A stretch of 64,000 bases of DNA. Origin: Octopus sinensis (taxonomy: Eukaryota). Under the pieces are notes generated by a model. It made no database searches. It was not told where the DNA came from and was given only the letters and a program-made list of their open reading frames with translations. The position numbers and the translations under genes are program-made. The stretch's first letter is position 1. The number at the start of each line of letters is the position of its first letter. The stretch covers positions 196,416,001-196,480,000 of the forward strand of contig NC_042998.1 in NCBI RefSeq assembly GCF_006345805.1, written 5' to 3'. This document shows, piece by piece, positions 27,359 through 40,270 of the stretch.

Positions 27359-28892
27359 TGTATGTATATATATATATATGTATGTATATATATATATTAT
27401 ATGTATTATATATATATATGATGTATGTATATATATATATATGTATATATATGTATGTATATATATATGTATGTTATATTATATATATGTATGTATGTAT
27501 ATATATGTATGTAGTAATATATGTATGTATGTATTATATATATGTATGTATTATATTTATATATATATATGTATAATAATATATGTATATATTATATGTA
27601 TATATATATATGTATATATATATATGTATCTATATATATGTATATATATATCGTATATATATATATGTATAGATATATATGTATATATATATATGTAATA
27701 TATATATATGTATATATATATGTATATTATATTATATATATATATGTAATATATATATATGTATATATTATATATATGTATTATTTATATAGTATATATA
27801 TATGTATTAATATATGTCTATATATATGTATATATATATGTTATATATATATAGTATATATATATGTATATATATATATGTATATATATATATGTATATA
27901 TATATATGATATATATAATGTATATATATATATATATGGTATATATATATATGTATATATTATATATGTATATATATATGTATAGTATATATGTAATATA
28001 TATATATGTATATATATATATGTATATATATATATGTATATATATGTATGTATGTATGTATATATGTATATGTTGTTATGATATATATATATGTATGTAA
28101 TATATATATGTATGTATGATATATATATATATGTATGTATGTAATATATATGTATGTATTGTAATATATATATGTATGTATGTTATATATATATAGGATG
28201 TATGTATATATATATATGTATGTATGTATATATATATGTATGTATGTATTATAATATTGTATGTATGTATATATATATGTAGTATGTAGTATATATATAT
28301 ATGTATGTATATATATATATGTATGTATTATAATTGTATGTATATATATATATATGTATGTATGATATATATGTATGTATGTATATATATATGTATGTAT
28401 ATATATATAGTATGTATATATTATATATATGTATATAATATATATATGTATATATTTATGTAGTATGTATATATATATGTATGTATGTTGTATATATATA
28501 TATATATGTATGTATATATATATATATATGTATGGTATATATATATATATATGTATGTATATATATATATATATATATGTATGTATATATGTATGTATGT
28601 ATATATGTATGTATATATGTATGTATGTATATATGTATGTATGTTATGTATGTAGTAGTATATATGTATGTATGTATATATGTATGTATGTATATATGTA
28701 TGTATAGTATGTATGTATATAGTATGTATGTATATATGTATGTATGTAATATGTATGTATGTATATATGATGTATGTATATATGTATGTATGTATATTGT
28801 GTATGTATATATATGTATGTATATATATAGTGTATGTATGTATATTAGGTAGGTATATATATGTGTATGATGTATATATATATATATATACG
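27010..28892. repeat. ~1.9-kb degenerate (TA)n/(TATG)n tract
   Basis: Direct reading. Confidence 0.97.
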
Positions 28893-29292
28893 CACATGGC
28901 GATGATAGTAGATGCAGGATTAAAACGATGCTAAGGAGCTAAACTGAATATGGACAGGTGTGCATAGTAAAGATTAACAGATCCCTATAAGGCATCTTTT
29001 TGACATGAATGGAATTATAATAGAATTTGAGGTCAGGAGTTCGAACAAAATTTTACTTTTTCCTCTTTCTCAACTGTTTGGTTAAGATCAGACTGAGACG
29101 TGAAAGAATTTCGATTGGATCTTTTACCTTTTGACCAAGGTAAAATATCCTTTTGTTTAGTCCCACCTCACGAACCCTAATCAAGCAGGTCTGTGTGGCA
29201 ACCTCGCCTTTTTGTTTGTTTGTTTTTTAGGAATAAATAGTAAATGCTAGGTACTCCCTCAAATCGCGCCCTTATTGTCTTATTGAAGGAGC

Positions 29293-29477
29293 TACGATGT
29301 GATTTGAGGGAGATATGGCTGCTATTTCTAGCACGTCGAGCAACCATGTAGAAGTTACGATGTGATTTGAGGGAGATATGGCTGCTATTTCTAGCACGCC
29401 GAGCAACCATGTAGAAGTTACGATGTGATTTGAGGGAGATATGGCTGCTATTTCTAGCACGCCGAGCAACCATGTAG
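29293..29477. repeat. 63-bp tandem repeat, ~2.9 copies, derived from a dispersed-repeat fragment
   Basis: Units start at 29293, 29356 and 29419. The GGCTGCTATTTCTAGCA motif has diverged relatives at ~9770 (-), 26250, 26470 and 26600. Confidence 0.92.
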
Positions 29478-30174
29478 GTGCTCCCCCTAACGCCTCTTCT
29501 CTCAAGGCATAGAGGCGGCGTTTGTTGTGTGTTCGCTTAAATTCGCTAAATTATGGGTTCGAATCTAACAGCAGTCGTTTTTTTTTCGCACATTTTGCTC
29601 TCTCTGGCTAATATTTTATTCCATTATTATATTTATATCAATGGATAGATTTCACGACTGTGCACCATAGAAGTTTTCGATTATTTTAAATTTTAATTTA
29701 ATTTAATTTAATTTCGTCTTGGTGTCACTTTTGATGAAGTGTCTCTTTAAAGGTATGACTTTGGAGGTATCGGTGCACATTTCTTCATGGATTTCATTTC
29801 GTTCCAAACGCCGACATTGTTCTGTAACGATGAATGCATTTGTCTTGGCAAAAATGGCAACGGAGAACGTGCATTCCTCGATCTTCGTGTCACCAAGACT
29901 TTGGCATTGATATTTCAATAAATCTTTTGCTTTTGTTTCAATCACTGAACTGCAGGCATGCTAGGGCACCACCTCGAAGGGTTTTAGTAGTACGAATCGA
30001 CACTGGTATTTATTTATTTTAAAATCTGGTGCGTATTCTATTAGTCTCTTGTACTGAAACGCTCAGTCAACAAAACGTCAACAAAGCAACACCGGTTGTC
30101 AAGCGGTGATGAGTGATAAACACAAAGACACTCACACATATAATATACATGATAGGCTGCTTTCATTTTCCGTC

Positions 30175-30297
30175 GGCAATCCTTCGGTATTGGTACACGA
30201 CGTCATTCACCTACACAACCTTCCCTCATGACATAAAGAGGTGAGGATGAATGACGTCGTCTCCTCAAACTTTGTAGAGCAATACCGAAGGATTGAC
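30175..30297. mobile_element. 123-bp MITE with 18-bp TIRs and 8-bp TSD, possibly Merlin-like, inserted in a SINE
   Basis: GGCAATCCTTCGGTATTG / CAATACCGAAGGATTGAC; TTTCCGTC and TTTCCGTT flank the insert; inner inverted repeat ACGACGTCATTCA / TGAATGACGTCGT. Confidence 0.6.
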
Positions 30298-32607
30298 TTT
30301 CCGTTTACCAAATTCACACACAAGGTTTTATTCGGTCTGGGCCTCTAGCAGAAGACATTCGCCCAACGTGCCACGCGGTGGGACAGAACCTGGAACCATG
30401 TGGAAGACGTGCCATTATTTTTTTTAAATTTTGGTTTCTAACTTTCTCCAGTTATGTAGCTGGAGAAGAAGGACTATTTGAAAGCTCGCTAATCGTCGTT
30501 ATTGTTTTATTTACGTTTGCCATATATTGGGTGGGGGTTGTTTACATCTGGTGGTTGTGTTTGAACTAGAGCCATCAGAGTTATCGGCCTTGTTCAGTAG
30601 CCTACCACAGATACCTGCAGCAAGATTTGAACGTAGGACCATCGGCTGTCGTCGTATCCCACCTGTACAAAATATATATCTTTTACTTACTCTCTTTACT
30701 CTTTTACGTGTTTCAGTCATTTGACTGCGGCCATGCTGGAGCACCGCCTTTAGTCGAGCAACTCGACCCCGGGACTTATTCTTTTGTAAGCCCAGTACTT
30801 ATTCTATCGGTCTCTTTTTGCCGAACCGCTAAGTGACGGGGACATAAACACACCAGCATCGGTTGTCAAGCAATGCTAGGGGGACAAACACACACACGCA
30901 TACATATATATACATATATACGACGGGCTTCTTCCAGTTTCCGTCCACCAAATCCACTCAAGGCTTTGGTCGGCCCGAGGCTATAGTAGAAGACACTTGT
31001 CCAAGGTGCCACGCAGTGAGACTGAACCCGGAACCATGTGGTTGGTAAACAAGCTACTTACCACACAGCTACTCCTGCGCCTAGTTGTTTCAGTTATTGG
31101 ACTAGTGGCCGTGCTGAGGCACTTCCTCGAAGGGTTTTTAGTTGATCAAATCAACTCTCACCCCTTTTTTGTCGCTCTTTCCCGAACCAGTATATTACGG
31201 GGACGTAAACAAACCAACACCGGTTGTCGAGAGGTGCGGGATACGAACATAAAGAGAGAGACACATACACGACGGGCTTCCACACAGTCTCCGCCTACCG
31301 ACATTAAATACATTGGTCAGCCCGGCTCTTTAGAAAGCACTTGCCCAGTGTGCTGTGCAGTGGAATCAAATCCGAAACCACATGGCTGCAAAGTGTGCTA
31401 GCTTCTTAACCATACAGCCACGCCTGTAATTTTATATACTGTATGTATGTGAATTACTTTTTACTTGGTTCAGTCATTTGACTGTGTCCATGCTGGAGCA
31501 CCCCAGGACTTATTCTATCGGTCTCTTTTGCCGAACCGCTAAGTTACGGGGACGTAAACACCAGCATCTGTTGGGGAGGACAAACACAGACACACAAACA
31601 TATACATACATGCATACATAAATATATATATACGTACAAAAATACGACGGGCTTTTTTCAGTTTCCATCTATCAAATCCACTCACAAGGCTTTGGTCAGC
31701 CCGAGGCTCTAGTAGAAGATACTTGCCCAAGGTGCCATGTGGTTGGTAAGCAAGCTACCACACAGCCACTCCTATGCCTATTATATATATATACTGTATG
31801 TGTATATAGATAGGCACAGATATGACTGATTGAGAAGCTTGCTTTCCGACAATGTGGAATCAGGATCAATCCCACTGCATGGCACTTTGAGCAAGTGTCC
31901 TACCATGTCCCTGGGCCGATTACAGCCTTGTGCATGGATTTGGTAGGTGGCGAGCTGGCAGAGACGTTTGCACGCCGGGCGAAATACTTAGCCGTATTTT
32001 GTCTGTCGTTACGTTCTGAGTTCAAATTCCGCTGAGGTCATCTTTGCCTTTCACCCTTCCAGGGTCGATGAATTAAGTACCAGTTGTGCACTAGAGTCAG
32101 TGTAATCAACTTAATCCCTTTGTCTGTCCTTGTTTGTCTCCTCTGTGTTTAGCCCCTTGTGGGTAGTAAAGAAATCGGAAACTGAAAGAAACCTGTCGTG
32201 TGTTTGTGTCTCCTTGTCTTGACAGGTGTGATTGTTGTCACAGTCATACAAGAAGTGTTTTTTGTTTGCAATCTCCTGTGAAAACATGTCTGGCCCTGGG
32301 TAAATATTATCGTACTTGAAAATCAAGTGAGGGCTGTTGACAGGAAAGACACCTGGCCACAGACAATTTGACTTGATAAACTCTGTTCAACTCATGCTGA
32401 CATGGAATAGTGGATATTAATGATGAGCCATATAGGCTTCCGTACCCTTGATTTAGGCTGGATTCCGGTTGCTGTGCAGTGATTTCCTGTGCCTCTTTGT
32501 GAACAGTTTATGAAACTCGTGTCTGTTGGTCACATATCTGACATGAATAATGAGACTTGGAATTAAAATTGATGGCAATTTCGTTTTCAGTTTCAGCTTA
32601 TGGAACC

Positions 32608-32696
32608 ATGCATTATGGAAATATTGTTGTCATCAAACGTGATGGTAAAGATGGGGCACATTTCCCCCTGGAAAGCAAATTCTATCTCCTCGGCAG
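32608..32696 (+). CDS. MKI67: Ki-67 orthologue, coding exon 1 (FHA domain N-terminal part)
   Basis: Translates MHYGNIVVIKRDGKDGAHFPLESKFYLLG(R), closely resembling the vertebrate Ki-67 N-terminus (LVTIKRSGVDGPHFPL...LFGR). Acceptor tttcag at 32590 or 32596; donor AG|gtaagt at 32697; ends in phase 2. Not in the ORF track. Confidence 0.92.
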
Positions 32697-35600
32697 GTAA
32701 GTAACTTTTTCTCTAAATATTTATAGGTGCAGATATGGCTGTGTGGATAAAGTTTCCAAACCGCTTTGTGTTCTGTCTTGATGCATGGCCCCTTGGGTGA
32801 GTGTGTTTTACCAATGCCATGCGTATGGAATTGGTAAATGGAGACTTTGGAAGCTCATTGTGTGTAAGTGTATGAATACGTATAAGTATGTGTGTCTGCG
32901 TGAATGCATTTGAATAAAAGCTCAGAATACATACATACACACATCATCATCATTCAACGTCTGTTTTCCATGCTGGCATGGGTTGGACCATTTGACAGGA
33001 GCTGGTAAGTCTGGGGATTGTGCCAAGCTCTGCTGTCATCTCTCGTACTCTTTGGTAAGTCACAGAAGCCCTTTGGGCTGCTTTATCTTACAAGTTGCAT
33101 GGCCACCTCACTAGTCCCACAATAAAACCACCCTGTACTCTTTGTACTTTAACTGTGGAATGGTATTGCAACGTGCAAGAGGAAACGGCACAAAAGGCTT
33201 CCACAATTTATAGAAGAATAATGGCTGGCATTAAAAGCCATGCCAAATCAGACAGTGGAGTGCTCTGCGGTCCTCTGACTCATTGAATCTTTGTTGAACC
33301 AACCAACTCATGCCAGCATTGAAGGTAGACATAAAATGATGTAGACTGCTAAATAAATACAATATGTGGTCAGGCTGCTCCATTGCAGTGCATACATTGT
33401 TTTCTCTTTCTCTCTCTCTCTCTGATAGTATTGTAAGTTCCAGCTATCTCTCACACTTCTTCATCATCATCATCGTTTAACGCCCGCTTTCCATGCTAGC
33501 ATGGGTTGGACGGTTTGACTGAGGACTGGCGAACCAGATGGCTGCACCAGGCTCCAGTCTGATCTGGCAGTGTTTCTACAGCTGGATGCCCTTCCTAATG
33601 CCAGCCACTCCAAGAGTGTAGTGGGTGCTTTTTACGTGCCACCGGCATAAGAGCCAGTCAGGCAGTACTGGCAACGACCTGTATAGGAAAGACTTCTCTG
33701 CAACCTAAAACACATTAACATTCTTGTGCCATTTCCTAATTTTCTGCTCGTTGTTGTCTTTCTCGTGCGACCTTACAATTCTAACCAGTTCCTTCATTCT
33801 TCAATGATTGTACACATGCACAATCATTAATCTTTTTCACACCGTATTACATTCCTGAGTGGTTGGCGTTAGGAAGGGCGTCCAGCTGTAGAAACTTTGC
33901 CAGATCAAGATTGGAGCCAAGTGCAGCCATCTGGTTCGCCAGCCCTCAGTCAAAATCGTCCAACCCATGCTAGCATGGAAAGTGGACGTTAAATGATGAT
34001 GATTACAGTTGAGCCAGTGTGTGGAACAAAACATGAAATTTTGATGGTTTTAATTTCTACGGGGCATTCCGATGGTTATGAGGGTTCCAGTTGATTTGAT
34101 CTACAAAACGGCCTGTTCATTAATTTAACATGCTAGTGGCTGAGCACTCCACAGACAAACGGATTAAGTCGATTACATCGACCCCAGTGCTTAACTGGTA
34201 CTTAATTTATTGACCTCGAAAGGATGAAAGGCAAAGTTGACCTCGCTGGAATTTGAATTCAGAATGCGGCGGTGGACGAAATACCCCTAAGCAGTTCGCC
34301 TGTCGTGCTCACGTTTCTGCCAGCTCACCGCCTTAACACGCATACCCTTAACGTAGTTCTCAGGGAGATTCCATGTGACACAGAATACAACAAAGCTGGA
34401 CCTTTGAAATACAAGTACAACTCATTTTTGCCAGCTGAGTGGACTGGAGCAATATGAAATGAAGAGTCTTGCTCAAGGACGCAATGTACTTGGCCAGGTA
34501 TCAGACTTCATAATCATCAACCAAATACCCCAACCACTAAGATTACTTTAAAACAGGAAGTTTGTATCATAGAACCAATGATGGTCTCTACCCGATTGGT
34601 ATCAAAAGGGTTTAAAGATATCATGGAAACTGTTACGTCACCTTTCTTATACATCAACTTCCGACTGAAACCCCTAAATTTTTGTAACTACAGGGCATTA
34701 CAATCTCATGGAAGCAACACATATGTATAACTTTGCTAAGTCTACATTTCAAACGCTAGGTTTTCTCTTTGAGCCCTCCCCTTTTGTGTTTTTTGTTTTT
34801 ATAAGAAGTGTGGCACATAAAATGCACCATCCAATCGTGGCCGTTTGCCAGTCTCGTCTGGCACCTGTGCAGGTGGCACGTAAAAAGCACCCACTACACT
34901 CACGGAGTGGTTGGCGTTAGGAAGGGCATCCAGCTGTAGAAACACTGCCAGATCAGACTGGAGCCTGATGCAGCCTCCTGGCTTCCCAGACCCCAGTTGA
35001 ACCATCCAACCCATGCTAGCATGGAAAACGGACGTTAAGCGATGATGATGATGATTTATCTTGTTTTAATTGTTGGACTGTGGCAATGCTGGGGCACCAA
35101 ATTGAAGGGCTTTTAGTCAAATCAACAACTTGCACTTTTTTAAATCTGATACTTATTCTATTGACCTTTTTGCCTGACTTGTTAAGGGGATGTAAACAAA
35201 CCAAGACCTGTTGTAAATCGGAAGGGAAGGACAGACACACACACACACACAGAGGAATCTTTCACAGTTTCCATCTAAGGAATTCACTCACAAAGCATTG
35301 TTTGACCTATGGCTATAGTAGTAGAAACCTGCTCAAGGCCCTCTGCAGTGAGACTGGAACCAAATCCAGGTGGTTGCAAAATAATCCTTTTAACCACGTG
35401 TCCATGCCTGTTTGGCCCCTTCAGCACGTAAACCTATGTTATGTTAAACTAGCCAAATCCAGCCTTTCACACATGCACTACAATGCCATATCAATCACCA
35501 AAATCTTGTCGCACCCAGTACACTCTGTAAAGCGGTTGGCTTAAGAAGGAAGGGCATTGAGCTGTAGAAATCCTGCCAAAACAGACAACTGGAACCTGGT

Positions 35601-37021
35601 GCAGCTCTCTTGCTGGCCAGCTCCAGTCAAACCATCTAACCCATGCCGGCATGGATTGTGGACGTTAAATAGGTATGATGATGATGATGATGATGAATTT
35701 AAAACAATGGTTTCCATGCAGGTGGCATGTAAAAGACACCTTTTGAGCATGGTCGCTTGCCAGTTCCGCCTGACTGGCCCTCATGCATTGTGAGTCTTCT
35801 ATTGCGATTGAATTTGATTGAAGGAAACTGTGTGGAAGCCTGTTGTGCGTATGTATATGTATATATATATATTTCTTTACTACCCACAAGGGGCTAAACA
35901 CAGAGGAGACAAACAGGGACAAACAAAGGGATTAAGTCGATTACATCGACCCCAGTGCGTAACTGGTACTTAATTTATTGACCCCGGAAGGATGAAAGGC
36001 ATAGTCGACCTCGGCGGAATTTGAACTGGGAACGTAACGGCAGACGAAATACGGCAACGCATTTCGCCTGGCGTGCTAACATTTCTGCCAGCTCACCGCC
36101 TTATGTGTGTATATAATATAATATATATATATATATATTATATACCCATGTCTGCATGGAAGGCGGATGTTAAATGAAGATGCTGTATGTGTGCGTGTCT
36201 GCTTGTCTTGATGTCCCATGATAATCATAAATGGTTGCGCATGTCATACAAATAGTGTCAATCATTTCCAATATTCTGCAAAAACATGTCTGGCCATGGG
36301 GAAGTATTACCTTGTTTGAAAACAGCTGAGGGTTGGTGACAGGAAGGGCATCCATGCAAGGATGGGCAAGTGGTCAAGAAGCTTGCTTCCTGACCATGGT
36401 TTTGGCTTTGGTTCTACTATACGCCTAGGCTGACCAAGACCTAGTCTAGTTAGTGGATTTGGTTGATAGAAACTGAAAGAGACCAATCATACACCCATAT
36501 ACATAACACGTATATATGTGTCTTTGTGTGTAACCTTGTCTTGACATGAGACGATGTTTGCAAATGAGCAGCTGTGATACAAGTGATGTTGTTTATGTCC
36601 AGTCTTCAATATTTCCACCCACAGGGAAAATGGTACCTTGCTTGGAAGCAAAAGTGAGAGACGACAGGCAGGACCGCTGGCTGTAGCTACACACTAACGA
36701 ATGGAAAAGTCAATTATCTCACTAAGTCTCTTCTAGAATTAATTGAAACACACATTAGTTAAATGATGATTAGTGCATGTCTTTAGAAATAGTCACAAAA
36801 GGATTAGGAGTGGCTGTGTGGTAAGTAGCTTGTTTACCAACCACATGGTTCCGGGTTCAGTCCCACTGCGTGGCACCTTGGGCAAGTGCCTTCTGCTATA
36901 GCCTCGGGCCGACCAAAGCCTTGTGAGTGGATTTGGTAGACGGAAACTGAAAGAAGCCTCGTCGTATATGTAATATATAATTATATATATATATAATATA
37001 TATAATATATATCTATATATG

Positions 37022-37060
<39 letters not shown>

Positions 37061-37344
37061 CTGTGTTTGTCCCCCTAGCATTGCTTGACAACCGATGCTG
37101 GTGTGTTTATGTCCCCTTACTTAGCGGTTCGGCAAAAGAGACCGATAGAATAAGTAGTGGGCTTACAAAAGAATAAGTCCCGGGGTCGAGTTGCTCGACT
37201 AAAGGCGGTGCTCCAGCATGGCCGCAGTCAAATGACTGAAACAAGTAAAAGAGTAAAAAAAGAGTAAATTATACTTCCAGTGCCATTAGAATTTTAACCG
37301 TTTTTTTTTTTTTTTTTTTTTTTTTTATCCTTGCATTTTTACAG

Positions 37345-37426
37345 AAGTTCTAAATGTGACATAAGAATCCAACTGCCCAAAGTTGCCCCAGAACATTGTC
37401 AACTTTCTGTCAACAAACATGGAAAG
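37345..37426 (+). CDS. MKI67: Ki-67 orthologue, coding exon 2 (FHA core)
   Basis: Poly-T tract + acag acceptor; (R)SSKCDIRIQLPKVAPEHCQLSVNKHGK matches Ki-67 CDIRIQLPVVSKQHC; donor AAG|gtgagc. 82 nt: phase 2 in, phase 0 out. Confidence 0.95.
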
Positions 37427-39314
37427 GTGAGCTGTAAGGTTCAACATTTTAGACTAACTTTTTCATGCAATTAACCCCCTTTCTATTATTTAATCTCTAA
37501 CACTGTGTTAATTAATTACTAATTTGCAAGTCTACAGATTTTCGAAAGAATTAAATTTAGTATTCCCTGCCTTAGTTGAGGGGTTTCACTAACCTAAACC
37601 CTAACCTCACTAATACTGATGCCATGTAAAAAGCATCCAGCACACTTTGTAGTGGTTGGCGTTTGGAAGGAAGGGCATCCAGCCCATAGAAACCATGCTA
37701 AAAAAAAGGGGGAGTGGATTGGAGCTTGGTACAATCCTCTGGCTTGCTGCTAGCTCCTGCCATCCGTCCCATGCCAGCATGGAAAATGGATGTTAAACGG
37801 TGAGCCATCCTGAGCCAGTTTTCCACCATGTTTCTTAAAAATCGTGGTAGAGGCCTTGGTTGCGGGACCACTCATGTCTAGAAACTGAGGTAGGGGATAA
37901 GCAAGGGCATGCTCCCCGTAGAAAATCCAGCTCCAAAAAGGCCTCATGATAGCAAGGGAGAATGAGCACCAACCAGCCCAAAGGTTGGGGTAGGTTGCAC
38001 CTGCCTGCCTCAGTTATATGGTATGGAGGTAGATCTGGCCACCCCTGTTAACAGGGACAAAACCCGGATTTAAAATACTGGATGATGATGATGGTGATAT
38101 TTTAATTAGTAATTCTTTACTCTTAATCTTCACCAGTTTCTGCAGTCATCACCTATTCTCCCTTGTTTTCCCTCCAATTTATATTTCCTCAACCCTTGAT
38201 TTTTCGTTCATATCCCCCCCTCCTCTGATCTATTACTAACCATTCCTCACTCTCCCAACACACTCATGTAACCTTTACCTACCTACGATTCCACTTCTTC
38301 TCCCTCTCCTATTCATTTTCTTAAAGCTGGAGGGTTTATCTTGATACCTCATCACCCCTATTTTTCTCTCTTCCTGGCTCCACCCTAGTTATTCCCACCC
38401 ATTCGTCTATAATGTGAGTAATGTAGCTCTTCTATAGCAAGAAGCCTGTTCTTTTCAGGTCTCTTCTTCATTACTTTAACCCTTTAGTGTTCACATTATT
38501 CTGCCAAAATGAAATCTTCTTCATCTACATTGTCTTGAACTAATCAGGCATTATCTTGTAGCTTTGAGATTTTGATGAGGTAGCTATTAATTTTTAAAAC
38601 GATATTGTAGGGTTGGTGTGAGAGACCAGATCTGGCCAGTTTGAACATAAAACAGACAGAATACTTTTGGCCGGATATGGCCGGTTCAAATGCTAAAGGG
38701 TTAACCTCGCTTTTCCTAGCATCAAGCCACCCCCTTTTCTATGGCAGCCCCCACTCCGTTGTAGGGTGATCTTTCTCTTGCTAGTTACATGGTGACCTCA
38801 CTAGTGTTGGAGTCACAAAAAAAGTAGAAGGCACCCAGTACACTGTTAAGTGGTTGTGTTAGGAAGGACATCTGACCATATAAAAAGACCATGCCAAAAC
38901 AGACACTGGAACAAGATGCAGTCCTCAAACCTGTTGGATCATGTCAAACCATTCAACTCTTGCCAGTATGGAAAATGTACATTAAGAGAGATGGTGATTA
39001 CTTTCGGCCATAGCACATTTTACCTTCTTCATAATATTCACTTTTGAAATAGGCACAATACCTCAGATTTGGGAAAAGGGTAATATTACAGTGGCCCTGT
39101 ACTTCACTGGTTTAAATTGAGATGAAAAGAGACCCGTTTCCTAAAGGGGCATAACTACTGCTAGGTATTTTCTTCCTCACTTCTACACTAATCTTACAAT
39201 ATTTGCCCTTAACCTTTTTGTTACCATATGTCCATTCCATAAGGTGGTTGGTTTTAGGAAGGGCATCAAGCCATAAAAACCATGCCAAAACATACAGTGA
39301 AGCCTGCTGCAGTC

Positions 39315-39538
39315 TTTGACGGATATTTGTCCTCATCTTGTTTGTTGTTAACACGTTTCAGCTGATATACCCTCCAGCCTTCATCAGGTGTCTCGGGGAA
39401 ATTTCGAACCTGGGTTCTCATTCCTAAGGTATTTTTCCATATTATTATTATTATTCAGGTCACTGCCTGGAATCGAACTCGGAATCTTGGGTTAGTAGCC
39501 CGCACTTTTAACCACTTGCATATGCCTGTGGGCAATTA
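39315..39538 (-). mobile_element. tRNA-derived SINE carrying a hammerhead motif (copy 1)
   Basis: Minus strand: A-box-like AGTGGTTAA, B-box GAGTTCGATTCC, (AAT)n, then CCTGATGAAGGCTG...CAGCTGAAACGTG with a 3-nt deletion in the ribozyme 3' part. Confidence 0.75.
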
Positions 39539-39580
39539 AGGAGTGAATTTTTAGGGTTATAAGTTCTAATATTTATTCCA

Positions 39581-39835
39581 TAATTGCCTATGGGTATATG
39601 GCTACTAACCCCAAGATTCCGAGTTCAATTCCAGGCAGTGACCTGAATAATAATAATATCGGAAAATACCTTAGGAATGAGACCCAGTTTTGAATTTCCC
39701 TGTGACACCTGATGAAGGCTGTAGGGTATATTAGCTGAAACGTTGTGTTAACAACAAACAAGATGAGGAGAAATATCCATCAAATGTAAATAATGTACAT
39801 AATTCCTCATGTCTTAAATATAGAACTGCACACTG
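39581..39835 (+). mobile_element. Same SINE family (copy 2, inverted relative to copy 1, A-box deleted)
   Basis: Reverse-complement match to 39315-39538 over ~200 bp; 42-nt spacer between the copies. Confidence 0.75.
39704..39749 (+). ncRNA. Minimal hammerhead motif inside a tRNA-headed SINE
   Basis: GACAC-CUGAUGA-A-GGCUG(UAGGGUAUAU)UAGCU-GAAA-CGUU/GUGUU: palindromic AACGUU stem III, GUU triplet, 5-bp stem I, one extra A before stem II. Confidence 0.65.
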
Positions 39836-40129
39836 CCTTTGTTTCAATTGAGCTAACAGTTGGGACATATGAATGGCATGAAACCATTTGATGGAAGGTT
39901 TTAATTTAAATCACTTTTTAAAAAAGGCAGAATCATAGAACCAGGTGTAGTCTCAGGTAGGTTGGTATCAAAAGGATTTACCGTTTTGTTAACAAATTTT
40001 TGCCAAAATACACTAACTCTGTTTCAATTAATTTTGAACCAAACGAAGAATTTAATAACCTAACTTTGTTTTTATTATTAACTCTGTGTTTGAAGCATAA
40101 ATTAACATGAAATTTGATGGGAACTAATA

Positions 40130-40270
40130 TTAGGTTGTCCCAAAAGTTTGTAAACACTTGCGAAAATTGAATTTTTACTCGCCAAGTACTAACAAAAACA
40201 ACAAAAATTATTCCTCAAAATAAAGACTATTATTTTCCAAGACTTTCTACGAACTTTTGGGACAACCTTA
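40130..40270. mobile_element. Mariner-like MITE
   Basis: TIR AGGTTGTCCCAAAAGTT / AACTTTTGGGACAACCT in TA context. Confidence 0.7.

Noticed and set aside
29293-29477. CRISPR-like reading of the 63-bp repeat or the 33-bp arrays
   Set aside because: No unique spacers, no cas genes, eukaryotic context.
29703-29945. 80-aa minus-strand ORF as a divergent gene
   Set aside because: No recognisable domain or convincing splice context; the length is expected by chance.
39455-39538. tRNA genes at A/B-box-containing segments (here and in SINE A/B heads)
   Set aside because: No complete cloverleaf or acceptor stem; all continue into SINE bodies.
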